A program made the translations under genes and the position numbers. A stretch of DNA of 64,000 nt, taken from NCBI GenBank assembly GCA_963838925.1, contig CAWISW010000002.1:549635-613634 (forward strand). Reading direction: 5' to 3'. The stretch's first letter is position 1, and every line of letters begins with the position of its first letter. The notes under the pieces were generated by a model. The model searched no databases. It was given only the letters and a program-made list of their open reading frames with translations, and was not told the origin of the DNA. The stretch comes from an uncultured Nitrososphaerota archaeon (GTDB lineage Archaea; Thermoproteota; Nitrososphaeria; Nitrososphaerales; Gagatemarchaeaceae). Shown one piece after another: positions 9,204 to 19,142 of the stretch.

Positions 9204-9944
9204 ATGTCAAAGCCTCAGAAGCGAGGGAAGCTCAGAAACCCGCCAAGGGCGCGGCAGTACGCATACGTCGCGATAGTCGTCGTCCTTCTGGTCGCAGGGG
9301 GCTCGGGCATCTACCTTTACGCGAGCAGGGCGCCCTCGCCTTCGACATCGACGACCAGCGGAACCTCCTCGGCGAGCACTTTCAATAACACCCCTTGCAT
9401 CGAGTCGACCACGACGACACCAGCAAAGGGAGTCAACGGGACTTACGCGCTCATCTGCACCAACCTTGGCCTGATCGAGGTGCAGCTCTTCCCGGCGGAC
9501 GCGCCGCAGACGGTGGCGAACTTCGTGAAGCTCGCCAATTCGGGCTTCTACAACGACCTCGTGTGGCACCGGATCGTACCCGGCTTCGTCATCCAGTCAG
9601 GAGACCCGACCACCAAGAACGGCGGAGGAAACAAGACCCTGTGGGGGACCGGCGGCTCGGGGACCTCTGTGCCGTTTGAGAACGACGGCAAGCTGCACAA
9701 CACCGCTGGGACCATCGCCATGGCGAGCACGGGCGCGGGGGTCGGGGGAACCTCCCAGTTCTACATCAATCTCGTGGACAACAGCGCTTCGCTCGATGGC
9801 AACTACGCCGTGTTCGGACAGGTCATCAACGGAATGAGCGTCGTCACAGCGCTCGGCAACGTCCCGACAAACACGACCTCCCAGCAGCCCCTGGACCCGT
9901 CGCAGGCTTACATCATCAGCGTATCCATCGTGAACACGCCCTAG
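9204..9944 (+). CDS. Membrane-anchored cyclophilin-type peptidyl-prolyl isomerase
   Basis: N-terminal TM and Ser/Thr linker; APQTVANF, HRIVPGFVIQSGDP, SQFYIN, YAVFGQV motifs. Confidence 0.92.
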   Translation: MSKPQKRGKLRNPPRARQYAYVAIVVVLLVAGGSGIYLYASRAPSPSTSTTSGTSSASTFNNTPCIESTTTTPAKGVNGTYALICTNLGLIEVQLFPADAPQTVANFVKLANSGFYNDLVWHRIVPGFVIQSGDPTTKNGGGNKTLWGTGGSGTSVPFENDGKLHNTAGTIAMASTGAGVGGTSQFYINLVDNSASLDGNYAVFGQVINGMSVVTALGNVPTNTTSQQPLDPSQAYIISVSIVNTP

Positions 9945-9991
9945 TCCGCAACCACGGCACGAGGGTCACTCCGCAGCGAACGCCACTTGGG

Positions 9992-10798
9992 CTAGACGAT
10001 GGCGAAGATAAAGAGGACTCCGAGCAGCAGGGGAACAAAGAACCCCGCCCAAAGAAGCTTGTTCCAGCGGAACACCTTCGCCCCATCCAAGGGCATTATC
10101 GGAAGCATGTTGAAAGTTGCAAGAAACAGATTCACAGGGAAGCCGATCTGCCCGATGTCGCTCACAAAGCCGTTTCCTACTAATCCTACAAGTAAGAATA
10201 TGAATGCTATCACGACGTTCGTCGCCGGGCCTGCCAGAGAGATTATCCCGTTTTGCCTTTCTGTGATGTTGTTTCCCTGGATGTAGGTCGCTCCTGGGGC
10301 GGCGAAGATGAAGCCGAGGGTCGAGGTGATCAGCGCCAGGACGATCCCCATGACCCACATCCTAAACTCGGCCCAATATCCATAACGTTGAGCCGTGAAC
10401 TTGTGCATCAGCTCGTGGAGAACGAACCCGCTGCCGACCGCGACAAAAGCGATGGCGAAGAGCTCCGGAAAGCCGCCGCCTACGAGGGAACTCCCGCCCG
10501 CAAGCCCTCCGCTGTAAGCTATGGTAAACGCGAGAGCAAGCGCCGCCCACGCGATCAGGATGTCCCTGACCTCCTTCTGCGAGAAGAGGTACGGGCTCGA
10601 CCGGCTCCGGGAGGAGGAGCTAGAGTATCCGGCGCTGTCCCACGACCGTGTCGTCATCGGGTTCGCGACCACCCTGCGGGACAGGTCCCCGGCGCACGCG
10701 TGGGCTTCCGGCAGCCTGTGGTCGGGGCAGAACGTCCCGCCGCAGTAGTTGCACGTGAAGGGCAGGTCCACGTCGGCCCCGCAGAAGTCGCACTTCAA
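9992..10798 (-). CDS. AN1-type zinc finger fused to M50 (site-2) metalloprotease
   Basis: CDFC..CNYC..FC..HRLPEAHAC; HELMH, AGP and FNMLPIMPLDG motifs. Confidence 0.9.
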   Translation of the reverse strand: MKCDFCGADVDLPFTCNYCGGTFCPDHRLPEAHACAGDLSRRVVANPMTTRSWDSAGYSSSSSRSRSSPYLFSQKEVRDILIAWAALALAFTIAYSGGLAGGSSLVGGGFPELFAIAFVAVGSGFVLHELMHKFTAQRYGYWAEFRMWVMGIVLALITSTLGFIFAAPGATYIQGNNITERQNGIISLAGPATNVVIAFIFLLVGLVGNGFVSDIGQIGFPVNLFLATFNMLPIMPLDGAKVFRWNKLLWAGFFVPLLLGVLFIFAIV

Positions 10799-10879
10799 AG
10801 GAGGAGAACGACGCGTTGCGCGGGATTATTTAACGATGCTAACGGTTCGGGCCCTGCGCGTGCCCCGCTTGGGGCGCGG

Positions 10880-11098
10880 CTACCTCCGGCTCACCCGCCG
10901 GTAGGCGATGGCGCACAGCGCGATCACCGGGAGGTAGACCACGACCGTGTACGCGACGCTCGGAGGCTCGGTCCCAAAGTACATTATCGGGTCTCCCGAA
11001 AGAAGCACGAGGACGAACAGCACAAGGATGAGCATGATGGCGATGATGCTCGCCCTGACGCCCTTCCTCTGCTCCTCGGTCAGAGCTGGTTGTGCCAT
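10880..11098 (-). CDS. Small 2-TM membrane protein
   Basis: Two hydrophobic helices; abuts the upstream gene. Confidence 0.6.
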   Translation of the reverse strand: MAQPALTEEQRKGVRASIIAIMLILVLFVLVLLSGDPIMYFGTEPPSVAYTVVVYLPVIALCAIAYRRVSRR

Positions 11099-11854
11099 TT
11101 AGGCAACCCCTCCGGCCTTCGCGACTGCGATCAGGATGTCCGCGATTATGGTGAGGAGTATCGCGACGACGAGTATGGTGACCGTCAGCCTGAAGGCGAA
11201 CCTGGCGGTCTTTGCGCTCGGGGTGTATCTGTCCTTCAGGAAGATGCCCTCGATCCTCCCAAGGATTGCGACAGGCTTGCTCTGGAGGACTGTGTAGTTG
11301 AAGAGCAGGTCGTAGAAGAAGATGAGGCAGAACCACCCCACGAAGTTGTAGATCGGCACCCCGAAGATGTACACCGAGGGGTTGATCCACTGCCAAAGGG
11401 AGTTCGCGACCGCGACGGGGTCTATGACGAGGTCGATGTTAACCGCGAAGAGCCCCGCGCACGCAGCCTGGAGGAAGGGGCTCCTTCCCGGAAGGAGCAC
11501 GTCGTGGAAGAGAACAAAGAGCGAAAGGGCGACGATGACCCAGCCCAGCTCGATCCACAGGGGGACCTGGCCTATCCAGAACAGGTATCCTGCGTAGTGC
11601 GGGCTGAAGAGGCCGGCGTACGTGTAGTAGGTGTAGGACTTGTCTATGACTCCTAGGTTCTCGATGATCGACGTCCAGAGGACCGAACCAGCGAGGAAGT
11701 ACGCCGCCCGCTCCTTCCCGTACGCCTTTACCCCTGCGTAGGCCACGACCATGGAGAGCAGGATGGTGCCCAGCTCGGCCATCACCGGGATGTAGTACGG
11801 GAGCATGGCTACCAGCCTCCGCTCAGGGTCCTTCGCCTTCGGGCGAGATTGCAA
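11099..11854 (-). CDS. CruF/DUF422-like carotenoid biosynthesis membrane protein
   Basis: E..G, GQVPLWI..GW, DLVIDPVAV and GVPIYNFVGW motifs. Confidence 0.75.
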   Translation of the reverse strand: MQSRPKAKDPERRLVAMLPYYIPVMAELGTILLSMVVAYAGVKAYGKERAAYFLAGSVLWTSIIENLGVIDKSYTYYTYAGLFSPHYAGYLFWIGQVPLWIELGWVIVALSLFVLFHDVLLPGRSPFLQAACAGLFAVNIDLVIDPVAVANSLWQWINPSVYIFGVPIYNFVGWFCLIFFYDLLFNYTVLQSKPVAILGRIEGIFLKDRYTPSAKTARFAFRLTVTILVVAILLTIIADILIAVAKAGGVA

Positions 11855-11975
11855 TTAATGGCGTTGGCTGGCAATTTCGGCACCGTTTTTCGTGAATTTT
11901 CTAACTTTCTCTGAGATTAGGCTATAAACAGAGTGGAGCAGAAATCTAGTCGGCCGCCACTTGGAGGCGGGCCGC

Positions 11976-12194
11976 TCAAGGCTGGATCTCGTCCTTCAGT
12001 CCGTGCTCCTGCTCGAGGTGCGCCTTGAACGTGGACCCGTCCCTCTCCGTCATGCCCTTCAGGGTCGGATACGTGGTCAGGATGAACCAGCAGAACGAGC
12101 AGCTCGTGCTCGAGGGCGCCTTGACCTGGATGTTGACCGAGTAGGCCTTCCTTCCGCCGTTTCCGTCGTTTGCCGGGTTTTGACCGTTGCTCAT
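11976..12194 (-). CDS. CxxC...HxxxxH zinc-finger-like microprotein
   Basis: CSFC-x23-HLEQEHGL; paralog of 21020..21229; start placed at MSNGQ. Confidence 0.7.
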   Translation of the reverse strand: MSNGQNPANDGNGGRKAYSVNIQVKAPSSTSCSFCWFILTTYPTLKGMTERDGSTFKAHLEQEHGLKDEIQP

Positions 12195-12226
12195 GTTTCT
12201 GACACCACCCATGAGCGTGGTTGCTT

Positions 12227-12313
12227 TACTTCTGGATTCTAGCCGAAGACTCGACGTCGCTCGAGGGTGTTTTTGGAATTCGTGTGGAGTCCAAAGATGG
12301 ATTCTGCCTCCAT
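12227..12313. promoter_or_regulatory. Upstream box shared with 21258..21344
   Basis: TACTT-N5-TTCTAGCCGAA...GTGTTTT.TGGAAT...GGAG...ATG.ATTC...CAT conserved with the same overall spacing. Confidence 0.55.
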
Positions 12314-12479
12314 GATCGCCCGAGTGTTGCTTCAACGCGCAATGGCTGTGCCTTCCGACGGCACGCGGCAGACAAGCACTGGACCGGCAGCGAGCACGTA
12401 CGGGCAGGAACCAAAGGTTGCGGCGGCGGGCGGTTGTTGCCGTGACTCGCCGGACTGGTCCGGCAAGTCCTCACCCTAG

Positions 12480-15400
12480 CTAATTCCCGACGTGCTGGAA
12501 CGTCATGAACGCCGAGTTGACGTAGTCGGTCACGATTATCGTGTAGTACCCCGCTGTAGCCGAAGGCACCGTGAAGGTCGTGCCCGCGGGGATGTTCCCG
12601 GCGGATGTCATCGTGATCGTCTTCAGGGTGGTGACCACGCCCGCGGAGTTCATCCACCCGATGGTGGCCTTGGCGTTCGGCGTAAAGCCACAGGGGCTCG
12701 TACAAGTCACGCTGACGCTCGACCCCGTGATTCCGGCCTGCGGCGACGTGGCAGCGTTCGCGTTCGTCACATATCCCGTGGGGTAGGGGATGGTCGCCCC
12801 GAACAGCGTGCCGTCGCTGTATTGCCCCGAGAGCTCGAACGTCGCTTGGAACCCCGCGATTTCGTCGAGCAGGTCCGTGGCGGTGGCCAGCGGCGTCATC
12901 GACCCGAAGTACATCGTCACTGGGGTGTCGTAGGGAAGGACCGTGAAATCCTGCGAGGAATTGTATGCGACGAGGCCAGTGCCGTCGACGTTCACCCCCT
13001 GGATTATGAAGAAGACCGTGTTCTCGAAGAACTCGTCCTCGTCGGTGCCCACGGTGAGCACGCTAGTCGGGAACACCGTGATAGACCGGTGCTGCGGGTC
13101 CAGGTTCGTGAACGTCTCGCTCCACTCGAGCTTCACGTTCTCCGGCACCGCGAGGGCGGGGTAACCTCCCACCTGCTGGCCGTTCTGCGGGTTGACTATG
13201 GCGCTCAGAGAGATGGCTGACTCCACCCACGTGCTCGAAGCGCTCAGGGTGAATGGGGCAGTTTGGGAACCGCTCGCGCTGGTCAAGTACTCGCTGCACC
13301 CCTGGGCAGCGTGGGTCGCGTCGCAGCCTCCTGTTCCAGTCTTCACCGACACGTACGTACCTCCCACGGTGCCCACGGTGTAGTCCGTCGTGGCCGAAGC
13401 CGTCTCGACGTTCCCGATGACTATCGGGCCGCTCCCCGGAGGCGTGAGGGCGGGGCTGACCGCAACTGCCGTGGAACCGGCCGGCGAGCTCCCGGTTGAG
13501 CCGACGAACCCAGAGGTCGTAAACCCGTTGAGGTCGTAGACCGAGGCTACGCCGCCGGTCACCGTCGATCCGAAGGTCGCCGTTATGGTATCTGTGCCCG
13601 TGCCTCCCGCGGTCGCATACCACATGTAGGAGTAGTAGGTGGTGGTCACGGGGGCGAAGGCCATCGCGGCCTCGACCCAGGGGGAGGACGGGCTGATGGA
13701 CATGGGCACTGTTGTTGCCGAACCCACGCCGGTCTGGTATTCCCCGCATCCTGCGACCGAACTGCAGTTGGCCCCTGTCGGTAGGGAAAAGCCGCTTCCG
13801 GCCGTGTATGTGGTAGAGGTCGACTCCGCGGTCCCGATCACCACGTACCCCGCGCTATTGATCGGGATCGATGTGACCGAGGTGGCGGACTGGCTCGCCG
13901 CATTGCCTCCGGTCTCGATGAGGATGCCGCTCGCCGTCGTCACCCCGCTGATCTCGTATATCGAGACCGTTGCCGCGACCGTCTGCCCGAAGGACCCTGA
14001 CGTTATCGTGTCTGCGTTTGAGCCGGATCCTCCCGCGGTCGCGTACCAGATGGCCGTGTAGTACGTGTTGGTCTGCAGAGGAGTGAAGGACATCGCCACC
14101 TCCACCCAAGGCGTCGAGGCGCTGAGCGTGAACGGCGCGGTGGTCGAGGAACTTAGCCCGGTCTCGAACTCGTTGCATCCTTGAGACGCTAGGGTCGGGG
14201 AGCAGCCTCCCGAGGTAGTCTGGACGGAAGCGTAACCTGACCCGGGGGTATAGTCCGTCGCGGCAGAGCCGGTCTCCACATTGCCCACCACGAAAGAGTT
14301 CGAGTTGGGCAAGAAAGAGCTCACGCTAGCCGCTGTCGAGCCTCCAGACGAGCTCCCGCAGGTCGGCGCGCAGCTGACTATCCCCGAGGTGGTGGAGTAC
14401 CCCGCGATCTCGTAGACCGAAGCGGTGCCCGCCACTGCCGCAGCGAAGGTCGCGGTTATCGTGTCGGTGGTCGAGCCTCCTGCGGTCGCGTACCAGATGG
14501 CCGACTCGTATGTGGTGGACCCGGCGGTGACGTATTGCGACACTCCGAGGGTGAAGGAGTCGCTGAAGGTGTCGGTGACCGCGGGCAACCCGCCGGTGCC
14601 CTGCGACGTGCTCCCGAAGCTCGTCGTCGGCATCACGTTGCTAGGGGGGTAGGCCCGAGCGCGCTCGAAGTTGTAGTTCACAGACACCGTGAAGCCGCCG
14701 TTGGTGGAACCGTACGCGCCCAGGTAGACGTTGGTCGCCCCGCTTATCGGGTTGTTGTTCACCGTGCCGGCGTAACCACCCGTAGTCGAGTAGAGCTGCG
14801 GGGCCAGGTAGGCGGTCCACGACGACGACCCCGTGCCTGGATAGGTCATGCTTGCATACTCCCACGCTGTGGTCGCCGTCCCCGCGCCGTTCTGACCGAA
14901 AGTATACGCACTATTGACGTCGGAGGCCTGTTGGAAGAAGTCGTTCCCTTGCCCGTCGCCTGTTTCAATGCCATTGGTGACGCTCCCAGGCGTGGCGTTG
15001 TTCACCAGTCCGTCGATTCCCGTGCTCGTTCCGGTGTTCGCGTTGGCGAAGCTCGCCTCTGTGATTATGCCGCCGTTGGGTATGGCCGCATTGAAGGCAA
15101 AGAAGACGCTCTGCGCGTTGTACCCGCTTACGTGTATCGCGTTGATGGTCGCCCCACCGGGGCCCGTCACCCCGGTCGACTGCGACACCGCGAAGCCGCT
15201 GCCCGCGGTGAAGCTGGAGGGCGCCGTGTTGCCGTTGAAGTAGGCGTTGAAGACGTTGGCCCCGTTGTCGTACTGCGCGTAGGTGGAGGACAGGTTTGGC
15301 GCCTCGCCCCCATAGACGCCGTCGAAGTTCACCGATGTGAGGTCGAAGACCATGTAGATCCTGAGCGTCCCCCCGTTCGCGGCTATCGAAGACGTCAGCT

Positions 15401-18400
15401 TCACCCATGCGGTGGCGGACGTGGAGGTAGACCCCGCGGTGCTGCACGCGCTGGAGCACGACTCCAGCCATGAATAGAGCGTGCCTGCACAGGCTGTGTC
15501 GCTGCAGAACCTGACGTTCCCGAGGTTGGTTGCCTCGTAGCTGGTATATGTCGCAGGGTCCCAAGTTATCATCTGCTGGAAGGTGTTCGGCGTGGCGGTG
15601 GTCTGGCTGTTCGTGATGGTGATCGGGACGTAAGCGAGGGTAGCGCCGCCTCCGCTCGTCGTGCCCAGGGAGACGGCGGGCATCGAGCCGTTGGGTGGAT
15701 ATGCCCGTTCGCGCGCCCAGTTGTAGTACATGGCAGCCTGGGCGCCCGAGTTGGTGGTGTAGCCAAAGCCGAGGTAGAGGTGCGCCGCGCCAGATATGGG
15801 GTTGACGCCTTCGCTTCCGCTGTATCCCCCAGTGGTGGAGTACAGCTGCGGCGCGACGTACCCCGAGTACAAAGTCGCCGAGGTGCCCGGGTACGTGGTG
15901 GAGCCGTAGAGCCACGCCTCCGCGGCCGTACCCAACTGGTTCAAGCAGTAGCTTTCCGTGCCGCCGCTCATGTAGTCCTGGTTGAAGTAGGCGGTCTGAC
16001 AGCCGGTGTTGGTGCCTATGTAGTTAGTCACGCTCGCCGCCGCGGCGTTGTTCATGAGGCCCGACGTGCCGGAATCCACCGTGTAGTCCACGTTCTCAAA
16101 GTTGCTCTCGACCACCCCGCCCGTGGTGGTCAGAGCCACGTTGTACACGAGCGGCGAGTCGTTGGTGCCGTAGCCTGTGAGGTGAAGCGCCGAGACGGTG
16201 CCCGAGCCGTAGGCGACGCCGGTGGACTTTGCCAGGGTGAATCCGGAAGCGACCGAGAAGCTGGAGGTCGCCGTGTTGCCGTCGAAGTACGCGTTGAACA
16301 CGTTTGCCCCGTTGTCGTACTGCGCGTAGGTGGAGGACAGGTTTGGCGCCTCCCCCCAGTAGTTGTCGTCAAAGTTCACCGAAGTCGCCTCGAAGACCAT
16401 GTATATCGTGAGCGAGCTTCCGCTGGAGATGGACGAAGTCAGCTTCACCCAAGCGGTGGCGGACGTGGAGGTAGACCCCGCGGTGCTGCACGCGCTGGAG
16501 CACGACTCCAGCCATGAATAGAGCGTGCCTGCACAGGCTGTGTCGCTGCAGAACCTGACGTTCCCGAGGTTGGTTGCCTCCCAGCTCGAATACGTCAACG
16601 GGTCCCACGTCACCATCTGCTGGAAGGGGTTCGGAGTCCCCGAGGCGGGAGCTGCTTCGACTGCGTCCCCTATCTCGGCCCACTGGTTCGAGCCGCCGGT
16701 GCTCGTTGTGAACGGGATCGCCAAGCCGCTCTGCGTGGCAGTCACGGTCTCGTATTCTTCGTCGGAGTTCATGCACGTGTTAGCGCCGAGAGCGCTCTCA
16801 GCCAGGAATTCGCTGAAGCCAGTCCCGTAGGCCTCGGTGTGGCACACGGCCGCCGACGTGTGCTCGTTCGCAAGCATGCCGACAATCAGGTCGTTCGCGT
16901 TGGACGTCGTCACCGAAACCGAGGGAGAGGCGGTCGTTCCGGTCGCCGTCGCGGCGAGGCTGCCGTTAGGGTCGAACGGAGTAACCAAATTGGCGCCGCT
17001 GACTCCGAAGGCCGTGAAGACGTTGTCTCCTGTTGCTGACCAAGTGACCGTGATCGAGTCCGCGGACAGCGGGGAGCTGGCTACGGTGTACCACTCCTCT
17101 TCCTCGACGCTGGGCGAGCCCGTCTTCGTCTGCCGATGGGTCCACGCGTGGCCGCCAGCGTCCTTTATTGACGAGACGGTGGTCGAGGATGTGGAGGTGC
17201 CGGTGAAGAGCACTATCACGTCGTTCGCGTTCGTCGTCGTGAGGCTGGCCGAAACCGAGTTCGTCTCGGTGCCTGCTCCCGTCGAACCGTCGATGGCCGG
17301 AGTGCCGGAGCTGCAAACGGAACCCGCGGAACCCTGGATGGCATCGCCCCACGCCTCGTTGGCGTCGGACGCAGAGTTGCTGTAAGTGAGGCTCAAGCCG
17401 CTCTGCGTGGCCGAGACCACCTGGTACTCAGAGCCCGTGTAAGAATTCGCTACCCCGCTGGTCAGCGCCGACCAGCCGCTGCCGATCGTCGGGGCGCTCG
17501 TGGTGTTGGTGTTCTCCAGACCGAAGATGAAATCGAGGGCGTTTGAGGTGGAGACGCTCGCGTAGTTCCCGTTCCCGGGGAACGAGGGAAGGCCAGAGTG
17601 CGAGTCGAAGGGGGTGCTCGTGTTGGCCCCGCTGACGCCGAAGACCTGGATGAAGCCCTGGGCGGTCGGCGCAGAGCTCCAGGTCACCTTGATGGAGTCA
17701 CTAGACAGCGTGGAGGCGGATATCGCGTAGTAGATCTGGCCGAAGAAGGAGTTTCCGCCCGAGTTGTTTATCTCCTGATACGAGCCCACTCCAGTCCACG
17801 TCAAGCCTGCGCCGTCCGACATCGTAGCAGTCCGATACGATCCCGTCGCCGTGTTCTGCCCGTAGACGATGGCAATTATCACGTCACTCGAGTGGGTCGT
17901 CGTGAGGGACGCCGATAATGAAGAGGTGGTCCCTATGTTGTAGTTGCTGCCGTCGAGCGCCGGCGCGGACGCCACGAGCTGGCAGTTCGTGATGGTGACC
18001 GGGACGTAGTTGTACTGCGGAGTCGAGGGCCATCCTAGCCCGAAGACCAGGGTGTTGCCCGCCGTGACCGGCGAGGTGGTGGCTATCGAGCATGTCGCCG
18101 AGCTGCAGTTTGCCTTGTACGCCTGCTGGACCACCGAGGGCGCGGTGGGGTTCACCGTGACGTAGTTTGACTCGCCGGGATGGAACGTGTCGCCGAGGGT
18201 GTCGGTCGGAACTGAGGCGGGAGTCGCCGCGTTAGCCCATCCAAGGCCGTAGACCAGCGTGTCCCCCGAGGCGACGTTTGAGGTGTACGGCAGCCCGCAG
18301 GTCTGCGCGTTGCAGCTGCCGGAGCGGCTCTGGACCATCGAAGGGGTGGCGGTGTGCACGACGGAGCTTGACGCCGCCTGCGCGAGCGTGAATGTGGATC

Positions 18401-19139
18401 CGAGTGTGTCCGTGGGGACGCCGGACGGCGGGCTCTGCCCGTACCATCCAAGCGCGTAGATGAGCGTGTCAGCCACTGTCACCGAAGAGCCGGTGGTCAC
18501 AGCGCAGCCGCTCCCGCTGCAGCCGGTTGTGGTGTAGCCCGTCTGGCGGACCGAGGTGGGCTCGGCGGTGAGAGCGTGCCACCTGAACTGGTTCAGGTTG
18601 ACTACCACGGACTCGCTCGAAAGCGCGTTGTTCGCGTAGTTGGTCGAAGCCTCAGGGTACGTCTGGACGTAGGTGTTGCCGCGTGCTGTAAGCACTTTCA
18701 CCGTGACGGTCCCCGTTGTGTAGACGTATTCCGTGTCGATTGTAGGCGATCCCTTGCCGGCGTTCACGGTCACCCAAAGCGGCGGCACCGTGTTGACGCA
18801 CCCCTGCCCTGATGGGAACCCGAGCCCCAGACACTTCAGGAGAGTGCCGGTCGAAGATAGGACGAGGACAGCGGTCATGTTGACCGTCAGCGCGGAGGTG
18901 TCGTTTGCGTAGAACCCTATGTCACCGTCGGCGTCGAGGAGGGTGGTGATGGTGAGGCTCTCGGTGAGGCCTCCCTGGACCTTGTTCGTCGCCGCGAGAA
19001 GGCTTGAGACGTAGCTCGCGTTCTGCGAGTTGACGAAGATGAAGTAGGACGTCCCGACGGTGAAGAGGATCGCGAACATGATCACCGTCGCCACGATGCC
19101 GGCTATCGCCCTCCTGGACCTGCGTCTTGAGAACTTCAT
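12480..19139 (-). CDS. Giant pilin-like adhesin (class III signal peptide) with nested repeats and two DUF2341-like domains
   Basis: MKFSRRRSRRA/IAGIVATVIMFAILF leader; Ser/Thr/Cys-rich repeats; duplicated YVP.TITN...FQQM...NLGNVRF...LYSWLE...GEAPNLSSTYAQYDNG domain. Confidence 0.85.
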   Translation of the reverse strand: MKFSRRRSRRAIAGIVATVIMFAILFTVGTSYFIFVNSQNASYVSSLLAATNKVQGGLTESLTITTLLDADGDIGFYANDTSALTVNMTAVLVLSSTGTLLKCLGLGFPSGQGCVNTVPPLWVTVNAGKGSPTIDTEYVYTTGTVTVKVLTARGNTYVQTYPEASTNYANNALSSESVVVNLNQFRWHALTAEPTSVRQTGYTTTGCSGSGCAVTTGSSVTVADTLIYALGWYGQSPPSGVPTDTLGSTFTLAQAASSSVVHTATPSMVQSRSGSCNAQTCGLPYTSNVASGDTLVYGLGWANAATPASVPTDTLGDTFHPGESNYVTVNPTAPSVVQQAYKANCSSATCSIATTSPVTAGNTLVFGLGWPSTPQYNYVPVTITNCQLVASAPALDGSNYNIGTTSSLSASLTTTHSSDVIIAIVYGQNTATGSYRTATMSDGAGLTWTGVGSYQEINNSGGNSFFGQIYYAISASTLSSDSIKVTWSSAPTAQGFIQVFGVSGANTSTPFDSHSGLPSFPGNGNYASVSTSNALDFIFGLENTNTTSAPTIGSGWSALTSGVANSYTGSEYQVVSATQSGLSLTYSNSASDANEAWGDAIQGSAGSVCSSGTPAIDGSTGAGTETNSVSASLTTTNANDVIVLFTGTSTSSTTVSSIKDAGGHAWTHRQTKTGSPSVEEEEWYTVASSPLSADSITVTWSATGDNVFTAFGVSGANLVTPFDPNGSLAATATGTTASPSVSVTTSNANDLIVGMLANEHTSAAVCHTEAYGTGFSEFLAESALGANTCMNSDEEYETVTATQSGLAIPFTTSTGGSNQWAEIGDAVEAAPASGTPNPFQQMVTWDPLTYSSWEATNLGNVRFCSDTACAGTLYSWLESCSSACSTAGSTSTSATAWVKLTSSISSGSSLTIYMVFEATSVNFDDNYWGEAPNLSSTYAQYDNGANVFNAYFDGNTATSSFSVASGFTLAKSTGVAYGSGTVSALHLTGYGTNDSPLVYNVALTTTGGVVESNFENVDYTVDSGTSGLMNNAAAASVTNYIGTNTGCQTAYFNQDYMSGGTESYCLNQLGTAAEAWLYGSTTYPGTSATLYSGYVAPQLYSTTGGYSGSEGVNPISGAAHLYLGFGYTTNSGAQAAMYYNWARERAYPPNGSMPAVSLGTTSGGGATLAYVPITITNSQTTATPNTFQQMITWDPATYTSYEATNLGNVRFCSDTACAGTLYSWLESCSSACSTAGSTSTSATAWVKLTSSIAANGGTLRIYMVFDLTSVNFDGVYGGEAPNLSSTYAQYDNGANVFNAYFNGNTAPSSFTAGSGFAVSQSTGVTGPGGATINAIHVSGYNAQSVFFAFNAAIPNGGIITEASFANANTGTSTGIDGLVNNATPGSVTNGIETGDGQGNDFFQQASDVNSAYTFGQNGAGTATTAWEYASMTYPGTGSSSWTAYLAPQLYSTTGGYAGTVNNNPISGATNVYLGAYGSTNGGFTVSVNYNFERARAYPPSNVMPTTSFGSTSQGTGGLPAVTDTFSDSFTLGVSQYVTAGSTTYESAIWYATAGGSTTDTITATFAAAVAGTASVYEIAGYSTTSGIVSCAPTCGSSSGGSTAASVSSFLPNSNSFVVGNVETGSAATDYTPGSGYASVQTTSGGCSPTLASQGCNEFETGLSSSTTAPFTLSASTPWVEVAMSFTPLQTNTYYTAIWYATAGGSGSNADTITSGSFGQTVAATVSIYEISGVTTASGILIETGGNAASQSATSVTSIPINSAGYVVIGTAESTSTTYTAGSGFSLPTGANCSSVAGCGEYQTGVGSATTVPMSISPSSPWVEAAMAFAPVTTTYYSYMWYATAGGTGTDTITATFGSTVTGGVASVYDLNGFTTSGFVGSTGSSPAGSTAVAVSPALTPPGSGPIVIGNVETASATTDYTVGTVGGTYVSVKTGTGGCDATHAAQGCSEYLTSASGSQTAPFTLSASSTWVESAISLSAIVNPQNGQQVGGYPALAVPENVKLEWSETFTNLDPQHRSITVFPTSVLTVGTDEDEFFENTVFFIIQGVNVDGTGLVAYNSSQDFTVLPYDTPVTMYFGSMTPLATATDLLDEIAGFQATFELSGQYSDGTLFGATIPYPTGYVTNANAATSPQAGITGSSVSVTCTSPCGFTPNAKATIGWMNSAGVVTTLKTITMTSAGNIPAGTTFTVPSATAGYYTIIVTDYVNSAFMTFQHVGN
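15394..15536. repeat. 143-bp direct repeat, copy 1 (copy 2 at 16438..16580)
   Basis: Identical by eye except one synonymous site. Confidence 0.85.
16438..16580. repeat. 143-bp direct repeat, copy 2
   Basis: See 15394..15536. Confidence 0.85.
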
Positions 19140-19142
19140 GGC

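Noticed and set aside
10253-11656. Long antisense or alternative-frame ORFs (e.g. 10253..11656, 14535..15473, 35195..35965)
   Set aside because: Shadow ORFs of GC-rich genes on the opposite strand, with no motifs.
12239-12313. Conserved leader peptide in the shared upstream boxes
   Set aside because: An ATG aligns in both boxes, but the peptides differ in length and sequence (24 versus 18 aa), so conservation looks nucleotide-level.
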